From positions 699,695 to 763,694 of the forward strand of contig RDEW01000026.1 of assembly GCA_011109175.1 (NCBI GenBank): a DNA stretch of 64,000 nt, written 5' to 3'. The notes under the pieces were generated by a model, which was not told where the DNA came from, made no database searches, and saw only the letters and a program-made list of their open reading frames with translations. Position numbers and translations under genes: made by a program. This document shows, piece after piece, positions 12,365-25,048 of this stretch. This DNA is from Dicyema japonicum. Its lineage: Eukaryota; Animalia; Dicyemida. Positions within the stretch are counted from its first letter, which is position 1. Every line of letters begins with the position of its first letter.

Positions 12365-13649
12365 TCACTTAGAGCCCATCCTTGTTGGTCTTGAGAGGCA
12401 TAGTAAACCTTCTGTCTCTTCGATGGAGGTGGGGGAGGAGTACCCCAATAAAATCATTCCTACTATGCACTGCCTTATATATGGGAGGGATATCACTTGA
12501 CTCATGTGCGACATCTTCATCAAATAACACAGACTCTAAATCCTTGGGGACCGGAGGAAGCACTAAGCTAAACCACCACAACTACCCTTCGCCAACCCAG
12601 GGACCGGTTCGTGAAAATCTGGATTGTCCATTAAATTAGGAATCCCCGCTCCTCTCTCAGCCTCTGCCTTCCCCCACCGCACATTCAGTTTCTTTCCACG
12701 GATAACAGTGTTATTGTGAGCTCTCATAACCGCCAACTCCGCGGCCTCCCTTGTCGAGTACTGCACGAACGCACATGAGATTGACTCCACAATCTTTATG
12801 GACCTAATCTCTCCAAACTGGTAAAAATAGTCTCTGGAATAACACAAATGGAGACCTCAGCTCAGCTTCTGTGGTGCCCATCTCTAGCCCACCAACGTAG
12901 ACAGTCGTTATAGACTTGTCCGCGGGGGATCCATTGCCAGAAGAGATGAATTCTTGTTTAACAGCTTTGCCGCAACGGGATCCGCGTTTCCGTAATATCT
13001 GTCCTTGATGTTCTGATCGTGGAGGACGTCGTCGGGGTCCGTCGGCTTCTCGTGGCGATAAGGACACTCGTGGCCTCGTTTACACTCCCCTTTCACCCAG
13101 AAAGAGCATACATGGGCTCTGTTCCTGTTGTAGTATGGCTCCCGCCGAGCCATCTGAACCAACAGATCGTTCTTCACGGAAATGTCTCCCAGTCCCCCTA
13201 TCTGTCGACCAGAAGCGATCTTCGAGATCTCCATGTCGACGTTCTGGAGGTAGTAGTCCTTGTTTACAGGGTCCTTAGGATTTGATTCGTGGATTTTTAG
13301 CACCTCATCCCGTACTTGGATAGGTAAACCTTAAATGATAACCTAAAGGTACCGTATTCGAGGTCCAATATGCATGTCTGGCAAGCGTTTTTCAAACGGG
13401 AACATGCCTGACAGATCTCTGTGTTCTTGTACCTCATCTTCGCCCCGGGACACCATCTGAAACCCGTGTAGGGTCGTTTGCAGATTTTGCAGGCTCGACC
13501 AAATCTGTCTCTTATCTATAAAAATTATGGAATATTGTTACCATTCGTACGTAGGGATTATCCCCCAGGCAGGTTTCACATAGAACTGGCATTGCTGATT
13601 CTTCCCAATTTGCACGATTATATGTATTTGTACCAAAAGATTGTGGCAT
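12365..13649 (-). CDS. RBM22: Pre-mRNA splicing factor RBM22 (Slt11/Ecm2/Cwc2 family)
   Basis: [36 protein letters not shown]|[24 protein letters not shown]...[11 protein letters not shown]|LPIQVRD; CCCH finger [22 protein letters not shown]; [12 protein letters not shown]...CAFVQY; C-terminal YYASQDPTRMGSK*. Introns 13516-13541, 13330-13352, 12834-12855 and a 23-nt one near 12563-12585. Three apparent 1-nt homopolymer deficits. Confidence 0.96.
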
Positions 13650-13799
13650 CACAACTAAACTCTACAAGAATTTTAAATTTGTTTAAATAATTTTCTAAAT
13701 TTTAATAATATTTTTACATAGTTCTAATTTCAACTGCTTATCATGAAGTTTTTAACTTAAAAGAACTTAAAATATTCTTCAAAAATACTGGAATAGCTC

Positions 13800-14765
13800 A
13801 TCCTCACAAAAATCACTGAAAGGACTCCCGATAAACCGTTCCAGCATGGTTTCAAAAAGGATCGGTCCACTACAAGTTTCCTCAGCTCCCTGACTAACTT
13901 TATTCGCTCTGGATTGCTATGCAAGTCAAGACACCAGAAAAAGCTTTCTACTTTGTGCCGAGAAAAAATCTAACATGGAAAATCTACCGATCAGATATCC
14001 CTGAAAACCTCAAACGCTGGTTGACTAATTTCCTTAGCGGTCGAAGAGGAAGAGTGTGCATTTGAAACATTTGTTCTGTCTCCCGTTTATTCCTAAATGG
14101 AGTACCCCAGGGTTCGTCGCTATCATCATTTTTATTCAACTTAATTACGGTTTACATTCTGACGCCGAGTGGAAAAGATGACCTACTCCTGTCCTATCCA
14201 GACGATATCGTCTTGGCCTCACGGGATCAAAACATCCAAACAGCGACGGGAAGATTACAAAAACACCTCGATCGACTACTCTAGTGGTTTAATGAAAATC
14301 GGATGTCAATCAACACCGAAAAATCTGTTACAACTCTCTATACCTCGGACAAAAGATTATCGAACAGGACAATAGAAGTTAATTCGGATGGAAGAGGATT
14401 GCCTTTCACCAAATGGCAAAAAAAAGTCTCGAAAAGTTACGCACATGAACTTTTCGAGACATGTCACTAACGTGCTGAACAAATGTGAAAAGAAAATCAA
14501 CCTTCTGAAATGCCTAACAGGTCTATGGAAAATCACCTATACTTAAAACGCTCTACTCACAGTACATCGAACCATGCACTACATATGCGTGTACTTCATG
14601 AGGACCATTGGCCACTCTTATACGAACACTCAGAATGAAAAAGGACACCAACGCCAAGAAGGAAGTGCTCGTCCGCAGCGAACTAGTGTATGCTCAAGGG
14701 ATCGAAGATGAGAGCCATGATTTAATTCGTCGGGATCACTTAGTTTTTTGGGTTTAACAATGGTC
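13800..14765 (+). mobile_element. Degenerate LINE-A RT fragment with 3' end
   Basis: FQHGFKKDRSTTS, NFLSGRRGRV, PNGVPQGS, GIT* at 14732-14743. Confidence 0.8.
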
Positions 14766-14775
14766 GGAGGTTAGA

Positions 14776-14858
14776 GTCACCATCTCATTAAATCCACGTG
14801 CGCAATCGACTAAACCATCTCTGCTCGATTGCGCACGTGGATTTAATGAGATGGTGAC
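14776..14858. repeat. Perfect 34-bp inverted repeat with 15-nt spacer
   Basis: GTCACCATCTCATTAAATCCACGTGCGCAATCGA (14776-14809) and its exact reverse complement (14825-14858). Confidence 0.95.
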
Positions 14859-15719
14859 CTCTGCTTTGAAGAAGCAGTCATCCAAATTCTTGAAATAAAG
14901 CCTAAAAATACTTCTAGTGAATCCCAGATCTAAATGGAAAAGGTGTTATAAACTACTTGCAAGGGCTTCTAATATCTGGTAATGAAACGAAACTAAAGAA
15001 AGCAAATAGTAATATAATAACTGGATTAAATTCCGTGGAGGTTTTATGGAAGGCTGTATTAGTATCTGGTACGGGAACGTCTATTTTCTACCGGGACCAC
15101 CATCGACTTATCAGAAAGTCGTTTGTGTTTTATGTGAATTTGTAAACACGGATGTATGTTGTGACTGAGTATGAATTAGCGTTGGGGTTTATACTCCAAG
15201 AATCTGGAGCCTACAACAAGAATCCCTTAATTGAGTTCTACAATTAGAACCCCTATACCAGGGGTCGGAAACCTTCTAAGCCAAAGAGCCAATTTTTGGT
15301 TTTTTGGTAATTAAAAAAAATTGAAGAGCCAATTTTTAAATAATTATATTTTATCTAATTTTTCAGCAACGAGCGTCGGGAAAATGGTGGTTCCAATGGA
15401 TTTCTCTGGGAGGAACAACCATTCCATCTGTTGGATTATTTTTGATTGTCTTGTTTTCGTAATAAATTGGTTTTGTGTGTTTAATTAAATTAATGAGATA
15501 ATTGACCCTGCATAGTGTTGTGTCTTGGTGGTAACTTGTCATTTTTAACAGACAAAATTACAAATTACATCAGTAATTTAACTCGTCACGTTGCAAGACA
15601 CATATTAGTTCTATTCGCAATTGTTTTTGCGATAACATTGTATTTTTAATTTTATTTAAAATTTTTGTTTTATTAATTTTGTAATAGTTGTGACAATTTT
15701 AGAAAACAGGATTTGGATC

Positions 15720-16255
15720 AAATGCAAGCTACCTCCTCGCTACGGAGAAATCGGAATACGCTCCCTACTAGAACTCACCCTCCAGGATTTCTTTTCTTCG
15801 ACATATGCTTCCAGTGGTCTCACACGCTAGATCCTACGCTACATTTACGGATCGGACGCTGAACCAGTGGTATGCATGGCTCGGGGAGTCTAAACGCGAC
15901 TGGGTGTTGGATTCCCCGAAGAACGGTAATAAACAACGAGAATGCTACAAGCTTTTATGCTCAAAGACAAAGAGAATAAACCTGTGCTTGATCAACATTG
16001 TCTTGCTTGTCTGGCTTCTGCATCGACGAACAGAGTGGAGTCTGGCTCAAAGCATTACCATGTTGGGACATTATTGGATGACGACGCGACGAGGATTGGG
16101 GTTTTCGTCCGCCTCGAAATAGATGTTTGCACAATCCATCGGTGTAGATGTGGAGGAATGGTCGACGTGAAAGGTCTTCACGCTCTCCCCTGCCGGAGGA
16201 GTGCTGGAAGGAGTCTTAGACATACCGCAATCAATGGAGTAATTGCTTGGGACAC
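15720..16255 (+). mobile_element. CRE-clade non-LTR retrotransposon fragment (CCHC region upstream of the REL endonuclease)
   Basis: GTLLDDDATRIGVFVRLEIDVCTIHRCRCGGMVDVKGLHALPCRRSAGRSLRHTAINGVI; related pieces at 36783, 49655 and 63100. Confidence 0.7.
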
Positions 16256-16985
16256 TGCGCACGCTACACACATGCATAACATTGAGCTTTAATTAGTATA
16301 ATAATTACATGTCCTCTTATTTCTGCTTCGTGGTTAGCGGTGTGGTCTGCAACATTACATTTTATTCCAAGAACACTGTTAAGCCAAGAAAACAAACAAA
16401 GTGATCCGAACAAAATTGATCCATAGTTTCAGCTTGACTAGATGATCCCCTTTAATCCTACACAGACCTTCTCCTGACCACGTTAGGCTAGGCCCCCTTC
16501 GTTATTTTTTTTGTTAGTATCTCCACTTATGAAGTAACGGAATCTTTTTAAATGATTTTATTTGTATTTGCCATATCCTGTATTTACCAAATTTGTTATT
16601 GACTTTATTTCTTTAATCTCAAATGAACATTTATTGATTTTAATTCATTTTTATAGTTCATAGTTCAGCTTTTATTATTGACACACAAGAAATGGTACGA
16701 TTATGATAGACGATTAAAAAAATTATTTTCTCTTTTTTCATATTTAAATAAATTTGCAAGTTCAATCTAATCTATTGAAATAATTTCTAACCTAAAACAT
16801 ATGTTTAATCAGTGAAATGCTACCATCGTAATAGTTACTACACATAAATATTCCACGGTCAAAGGTAGACTACTATTAGTTATATGTGTTTAATATTAAA
16901 CCAATTCTTAATAACACAACTAATATGTCATCAATACACCATAATAAATTACAGTTGCTATGGAAGTCTTCGATGTGTGATTGAA

Positions 16986-19900
16986 ATGCAGGACTCCACT
17001 CTTAACAAATTGGTTGTTCTTTGTATTATATTGAGTGTATTAATAACGGAATTAACATTGAAATAGTCAGACAAACAAACGATTGGCATTCAATCAAAGA
17101 ATTGTTTGCATTCTTCGACATCTTTTTGGACTGTCAATGTCTCTCACCACTAATCAGTCTCACGAAACTCAAAATTGTGGCATGCAAAATTGAAAATCCT
17201 TATATCTCGCTAAACTCTCACAACTTGAGGAATTGTGGATTTGCGAGTCGGACCTAAAGGTATTATTGTGAATGACTCCAAGGATATCCCTTTATTAGAT
17301 GGTTGTAGTAAATTAAAGTGTCTTTACCTGTTTGACAACCAAATCACGGAAATCAGTAATCTACAGAACGTGAGATCCCTTAAAACATTATGGCTTAACA
17401 AGAACAAGATCACCTTAATCGAGGTTCTTTGGGATAGTCAAAGTAGGGACTGGATGGGTGCAAGAACCTAAAGGACCTCAACTTGGCTGCTAACAAAATA
17501 ACCAAAATAGGTTGAAAAGAACTAATTTTAGGGAATTCTCTACAAAAACTGACAAATTTAGAAAAACTGAACTTGGCTGGAAACAAAATCGAATTAATAA
17601 AAGTATTAGGTTGATTAAAGCGATTAGGAAATTTCAAATCTCCAATACCACAAATACCTAATCAGTCTGAATTTCATTAGTGACATGTACTTGGAGAACG
17701 GATTGACTGAAAATAAGAACTATTTGAGCATTATCATTTATTTTCTGCCTAATCTGTGGTACTTGGACGATATTATGATAAACAAGGACATGCTCGACAA
17801 ATCCGTGGTAATATGAATAGGTAACAAATTAGAACTACTTTGAGGACAAACACATGCTTTATAGACTAGAAACCTTCACTCGAAAATGTTTTCTTTTGGA
17901 GCAAAGGGATCAGTTCGACCATCAATTCAACGTGGCCACAGAATCGATCGACAATTCCAGAAAGCTTTTAATGAGAGCAATCAAAACAGTAAGTGATACA
18001 CAAATATTGTAGGTTGAGAGGTACTCCACTACCTTCGCAGCACTTGGGAGATACATGGCCCCACTTACTGATGAAGATATGGAAGAGGTCTTTAAACTAA
18101 AGGGAAAGTTACTGCATGTGGAAAAAGAATATTCAGAGTATCACGTGGTGTAGAAAATGTTAGAATCAGCCAACTGTATGAGAACACATTGCTTAGAATC
18201 CATCATAATCATCAGTTCGACAAGGAAGTAAAGGATGCCGAGTTCTCAATGTGTGGAGACCTTGTTGTGTCAGAATTAGAGCCAATCAACCATATGTAAT
18301 ATTTGTCTTACATTCCAGGTTCTTGCACTGCACGGAGGTTCTTAAAAGCTTCATCTGTGAACGGCAACTGCGGGATATGGGCGTCTCCCGCACAAGAATT
18401 CATAGAATCCGTCAAATACAGAATCATTCCATCGACAGGGGATTCAAGGAAGCAGTAAGGTCGCATGGAGGAAAAGAGAAGACCATGCTCCTATATTGTG
18501 GAGAGGATGTCATCGAAATAATGAGGGACGGAATCTGTGAGGTTGATGGTTATCATAAGCACAGGAATCATGCGAATTCACAAACTCACTTCATTATTTA
18601 CTGCATAAAAGGAAATCGTGTCTTCCAATCAGTCCCAACAATGCGTATTGTAGATATTCTGTCTAAATATAGGGACCCTCCTCTTGGTAAACTGCTGCAG
18701 TGATCACTCAAATATCTCTTCCAGGGGGGACATAAAGTAATGTTAATGTCCATTGTAGACTCTTTGTGAGCAAAAGTGAGGAGTGTGACGAATGTCGAGG
18801 ACATTTCTTTAGATACAAGTTTAAGTCCCCTACTCTTCTAGTTCCTAAGTATATCATCGACGTTGAGTTTTTGCTGATTAATGTCTCCATTCTGTTCATT
18901 TCAGCCCACCAAATGGAACATCTCCTGCTGGGATTACGGTGTCAATTTGTCATTTCCACCTACAACCATGTCCCTAAAAATATCTTCCGACACAATCGGC
19001 CAGATCCTCGCCACCAAAATTGACAAAAAGTGCCGGATGTCATGTAAGCTGTAGATGCCTTGAATACGTGGCGACCTCCCTAACAGACGTGACAGTCCAT
19101 GGCATAGAAAACATCAAATTAGGAGATCTAGTCAAATTCGAACTACTTGTCAAACTCGACATCTCCCATACTAAACTCAGGAGTCTTAGAGATATCGAAA
19201 AATTACCAAACCTGAAATACTTGGATGCCTCAGATAATCTGATAGAAGGGATGGACATGGGAGTGAAAAAGGTGATTTTAACTCTTATCTAAGGAGCACA
19301 CCACTCTCGAATCCCTTATTCTTCACACTAATTTGATTATCAACTTTCACTCCACCATTAGCGCACTCTCCATTTATTTTGTGAACCTAAAAATTCTGGA
19401 TATTCGATTCAACAAGTTTGGGAGATTCATAAACAAGCAATTTGTGACCTACAAACTCCCCAATCTCAACATCCTAAACGAGGAGCCCATAAATCAACCA
19501 ATTACTCCCCAGAAAAACCTAATCGAGTATTACCAACTGGTAAACCATTGTGTCAATACTAAGAATACTGTAAAGGGATCACTAACCTCTCAAGTTCATT
19601 GCACACTGTCCCCAGATATATCCAGTATACTCACCCCAATTTGCTTAGAAAATAACATCCACCTGGTATAAATGTGCCTATAACCAGATAACCGCTTTAT
19701 ACGTCAATAATGCTAACATTTGCGGAATAATAGATATTTCCCACTTAAAAAACCTTAAATGGTTGTCTATAAACGAAAACAACATAGAACACATACAGGC
19801 ATTATGCATAACATTATTCCTTAGGGAGTAGAGGACTGCACACTGTTAATGGAGGTCAGTCTGGCTCACAACCTCCTCGAACAAGTGGAATGGATCAGTG

Positions 19901-21359
19901 AACTCAAAAATCTGAGATATATCGACATTTCTTACAACAAAATCTCTAATCTTCCCGAAAACCCTTCAAACGACAAAATCTACTACTTCAATGCCTCCAA
20001 CAACAAGATCACAAGATTTCACAGCCTCTCAAGGTTGGAAAACATCTCAGAGTTGTTCCTGAAGAGCAACCAGATCATAAATATTAAGGAAATCTACTAT
20101 TTCAAGGTTTCCCCAAATTCCCACGACAGAAGTCACTCAAATTGCGCGTGGTGGATCTACGGAACAACCCGTGCTGCTTTAACTATGAGGACGCCCTCCA
20201 ATTTATGGTCTATAACATCCCAACCCTCATACACGTGAACGGACTCCAAATAGTATTCTTATTAAGCACAATTAGACACCCTCTACCATTCAACAGGCAA
20301 AGAATGCCTATGAGGGACTCTTGGACGACCAAATGCTTGTCAGAATAATGAAAAAACTAGACGGTCCAGAGATTTCTAGCAATTCCTTTGTCCTGTGCAA
20401 CAACCACATAAAGAGGATTCACGTTGAGTTCACTAGAACACTCTCAAACCTGAAAAAGTCATTTTGTGGGTCATTTCAGTGTGGACCTGTCATACAACGA
20501 GATTAGAAACTTTGATATCCTAGTATTCCTACCAAATCTGAGAGTAAGACTATTCCACAACCACATAGGCACTCAATCTAAACAACAACAAGATTGATGG
20601 GTTCAAATCACAAAGTCATCCTTTGGAGAACGAGGACACGTTTCAGAATCTGGAAATTCTGACTTTAAAGTAAATTTAATTAATTTTTACAGGAACAACT
20701 CAATCCGAGAATTAGGCAGACTGGAACTTCACAGAATGTCAAATTTGGTGGTTCTGAACATCTCCAGTAGTATTTGGGGATACTTTTCAGACAACCTACT
20801 TGGATCGGTCCATTTCAAGTCACATTTTCCACGTTTAGGGATTCTGGATCTCAGCAACAACAAAATCGCTGACTTTACTTCACAGACGAATTTTTCTGCC
20901 CTCTTTCACTTAAATGTTTCCAACAACAAACTGAAGAGTACTCAGATTCTCAACTCAATGACCAAATTGGAGTACTTACTGCTAGAATGGAACAGAATAC
21001 AGGTTGTTTTCAAAGGTGAGCAGAGTTTTGATGAGATCAAACGGATAACTTCCCTCATAATGCTTAAGGAACTTACCATATCGAGCAATCCTGTTGGGAG
21101 TTGACTCATTCTAGATAACCAGAAAGCTTAATTGCAGTTTCCACATGATCTCAGCCCTCCCCCAGTTGGACAGGCTAAATGGAATATCGGTGGGGAGGAG
21201 GTCTCTCAAGTACAGAAAATATTCCAGGACGCCGAACCTGAAGAGGCTCAACCTGAAGTAGTCGTGGAGCAACCAAAGCCTCCAAGGATCACAAAAATTA
21301 TTCAAAAATATGAAGACGAGTTGAGTGTAGTGGGAACACAAAGTATTAATTACTTGTAG
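16986..21359 (+). CDS. LRRC9: Leucine-rich repeat-containing protein 9 (cilia-associated), ~25 micro-introns
   Basis: Spliced N-terminus L|CINNGI...QLEELWICE...LYLFDNQITEISNLQNVRSLKTLWLNKNKI..E|GLDGCKNLKDLNLAANKITKIG|NSLQKLTNLEKLNLAGNKI follows the recalled LRRC9 order; a central non-LRR domain (ECDECRGHFFRYKFKSPTLLVPKYIIDVEF) precedes further LRR blocks. Introns 21-26 nt including GC-AG 19799-19824; exact start and C-terminal frame uncertain. Confidence 0.8.
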
Positions 21360-21599
21360 TTGCAGTTGGAACTCTATTCAAAAAGGGCTAGTGGATGCAT
21401 TATATGTTAGAAAAATTAAATCTATTAAGAAATTACTTATTATATATCTGATTATTTTTTTAATTAAAAATTAATTTTTATTTTAAAGAGTCGAAAACTT
21501 TCTTAACCTAAATATAAAACTCTAATTTTTTGGTTCAATAAAATAAATAAAAAAAGGACAAAACATCAGTTAGCTGCCGCCTTTATTTATAAAATAAAT

Positions 21600-21880
21600 A
21601 AATTAGCGTGCGTCATGTGGTTCGCCTTGTCTGGTGGCTTCAGATACAAGCCAAAAGTGTATCCAAAAAGAACCATTTGTCAACGACCATCCAGAAAAGT
21701 TCCCCTTGGACGGCACTTCCTACACATCCGTGCACTTTTCCGGTGGAGACTCGTCATGTAAGGAGAATGCGCAGAAACGCAGTCGGAACACTGAGAAAAG
21801 ATGCGGAGACTGTTGAGTGAGGCTGGGATCACCTGAAATTTGGTTATTTTGGAGATGACGGTGGTTTGTTTCAATAAATT
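21600..21880 (+). mobile_element. LINE-A 3' terminal fragment
   Basis: ...SEH*EKMRRLLSEAGIT* (GIT-stop at 21825-21836) followed by a T/G-rich tail and AATAAA. Confidence 0.7.
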
Positions 21881-22336
21881 AAAAATTAAATTTCATGTCA
21901 CAGTCCGTAGGTGTAACGGTTCTGGTGCTATTATTATTAATGGAAGAAGGGCTTGGTATACATGGATGGGACCAAATTGGTTTCAAGATTATACCCAATG
22001 GTGTCCTACAAGGTTCCCCTTTATAACCCTCCTTATTTAACTTCAAGGAGTTAGTTAGTCTGGTTACCTTGGTCTTTGGAATAATTTTAATTTAACTTAA
22101 ATATGTCAGATTTACCACAACCAGATAATAAAGACAATTTCCTCTTTTCATGTGCTGATGACCTATTAGTCGGATCCCGCGATCAAGATCTCCTAAAAAT
22201 CAGAAAAACTACAAGAATACATTCAAAATTTGGTTAAAGGTTTCTTATTGGATCAGAATCGGATTGTGATCTGAATAAAAGTCATACATGACTGATAAGA
22301 GAGAATAGGGATATATTCAAGGAGAGAATTAGCTAT

Positions 22337-25033
22337 TTATTTAACACCCACGGTAAAACCAAAACTAGCTATCACGTGATCCCTATGCGCTCCGCCAAAA
22401 TCTTCATTCTTTCCCAGTGCTCCTCCCTCGTACCCACACAAGCTCGTACAGGGCTGTATTTGCAGGGCCACCTTCCCGCATGCGGAGTTTAGTTTTATGA
22501 GGGTCCAGAGTAGTCGGTCCGGTTCTGTGTCTCCCACAAGTCCACCGCTCCGTGACTTTGAAAGCTTCTTTTGTACGTCGTCATTTCCTTGTATTCGTCC
22601 ATGATAATGAAGGTCCCCACAAAGCACACGCGTACGAGAAACATGGTTCAATGTATTGCTTGTAAATGTTCATCAAGATTGAGTGGGTACCTGTCTTCCA
22701 TATTCCAGATAAACATTTTAATACATTGATCCTCTTCTCGCACTTCAGAACAATGTTTGCCACGTGTGGTGACAAACATAAGTGTGTATCCAGTGTCACG
22801 CCCAGGATCTCTGACATTTGGTGAAGGGGATTTCAATGTTGTCCAATTTTAACTTGACAGTCATCTTCCCCAACCTTTTGTCCGAAGTAAACATAGACGT
22901 GACCGACTTTCTGGAATGTATCGTGAGTCGGTTCTTCATTACCCAGGCGTTGAGTCGGTCCAGGTTAATTTGTAATCTTTCTGTAGCATTTTGGATATCC
23001 CGATCACGCGAGGCCAAAACAATGTCGTCCGCATATGTGAGTAGAACATCGTTAGGTCTGCCAGGTATAAATTGAATAAGGCGTGGGATAGAGGAGATCC
23101 TTGGAGACACCGTTGGGAAAAGACGTGAAACTGATTTCAGTCCTTTGAAGCATACACGTCCCCTTCGTCCACTTAAGAAATTTGTTATCCAAAGTTTAAG
23201 CTTCCCCGGGATCTCGGACTGGAAAATTTTCTTTGATAATATTTTTCTCGAAATAGAATCAAAGGCCTTGTTAATATCAATGGAACATAAGACTGTCTTC
23301 AAATGCCTTGGTTTGCTTGAAAAACCATCTCTAATGAAGTTGGTTAATTTCTGTAGGTACGTTGATGTAGAACAATCGCTCTTGAATCCGTGTTGAAAAT
23401 CCTTTTCTGGTAAGAAATCCTTGATTCTCCCAAGCACAAGCCTTTCCAGGATTTTCGATATGGAACATAACAATGACACAGGTCTAAATGATGCCGGATC
23501 TTCCTTAGGTTTTCCAGGTTTCAGTACAAATCGGATGTTGGCTTGCTTCCATAACAACGGTATTACAATTAATTGAATAGTTATACACCGACGTTAGAAA
23601 ACCGACTCCAACATCTCCAAGGTTCTTCAATAACACTACTGGAATGTTGTCGGGACCGGGAGAGACTTCCTGTGTTCCTTGTACGAAATTTTTGTGTAGA
23701 ATTTTATCAAATTGTTAACTTCTCGTTGAGTATAGTCATCCTCGGGGGAAGTTTCTTCTCCCTTTGCAACATTTCGGATGGCTTTCCACACTTCTCCGAT
23801 ACTACGGTTGCGATTTACCTTTGTAAGAATCCGATTCCACTTTAATTTCTGGGCCTTTAACTCTCCGGCCTTTATTTCGTTGTTTAGAGCTCTGATCCGG
23901 AGTTTCGCTTTTAATGTGATCCAATTAGATTTTTTGAGGTGATTTCTTTCTTTGATCAATGCCGACTTCCCTCGACCATTGGAGGAGTTTAGACGATTCT
24001 TGGGAATAGCCAATGATCTTGCTTCTAGGATTGTGCAAGTAAAGTATTTGATCGCTTTTTCTAGCGATTTGAAGCTGACCAAGTAACAATTCTTCAGTCT
24101 ATCATCAGAGATTGCGCGATACAATTCCCAATTAGCAGCTTTGTAGTTATAACTAGCAGGTGTTCTCCCCATGACCTTCATCACAATTGGATTATGGTCG
24201 CTTCTTGTTTCGTAGAGGACTGACCAATCAATTTTTGATGAAAGCGACGATGAGCAGAGTGTTACATCCGGTTAAGTAAGCTGAGCCGTCTCTCTTAGTG
24301 GGGTCCTTGTATTTTTGCTGGATCGTTCAGTATCGTTAGGGAGTCCGATTTCAATAACAATAGCTTCCCTCTCGTGTCGGCCTGTTGGGTTGACAACCAT
24401 AATGGGTGCTTTGCGTTTAAATCTCCACATATGATTATCTCATCGTAGATAGCCAATCTTGATAGGTTTGGAATAACATAGTCCTTTGGGCAGGAGCCGG
24501 GAAGAGGCAAGTAGATATTCACGAGGCACATACTTCCTTTCGTTGTCCCAAGCGAGATTCCAATTGCCTCAGTAACCTCGTCATTTCCAACAAGTTTCCT
24601 CACTTCCGAAGTAATGTCTCTGCATTTCAGGTTCTTTTTGAATAGAGTAAGTAGTCCACCCCTCTTCTCTTTTTGCGGTCCATCCTGATTGCCTCGTATC
24701 CAGGGAATGACGGAGTGGAATCATGCATGTGGAATTTAGTTTTTTGAATTATGGCCACGTCGATCTTCTGATTTGCCAGGATTGAACGGAGTTCACTGAC
24801 CTTTCCTTTAATTCCGTTTATGTTTAATTGGAAAGCAGTAAATTTCTTTTCTCCACAGTGGGCTAAGGGTTTTCGCCGGGAATGTTTGAACTTTCTTGAA
24901 ACACATCGCAGGGGGTCGATAATGACCGCGGGGGGAAGGGGTCTAGTGGTCCTTTTCAGGAGGGTATTAGAAGCCCTCTGGGCGTTGCCAAATCCTTTTG
25001 AATTTTTTGAATTAGTGGACCACATAACGCCAC
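22337..25033 (-). mobile_element. Near full-length LINE-A: single APE-RT ORF (~2.7 kb) with no ORF1 or RNase H evident
   Basis: ATG 25025; EN motifs QLNINGIKGK, IIQKTK, CGDLNAKH, SDHNP; RT KPGKPKEDPASFRPVSLL, QHGFK, DINKAFD, YADD; C-terminal EEHWERMKILAERIGIT* (22372-22383) and AT-rich tail; several frameshifts/stops. Confidence 0.88.
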
Positions 25034-25048
25034 GCTACAATTATAGCT

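Noticed and set aside
12440-12470. Non-canonical GT-GG intron in the RBM22 C-terminus
   Set aside because: A single missing G in GGGG restores a continuous frame ([15 protein letters not shown]) without an intron.
24900-25025. 2A-like peptide at the LINE-A N-terminus (as in Ingi/Vingi)
   Set aside because: No DxExNPGP motif seen.
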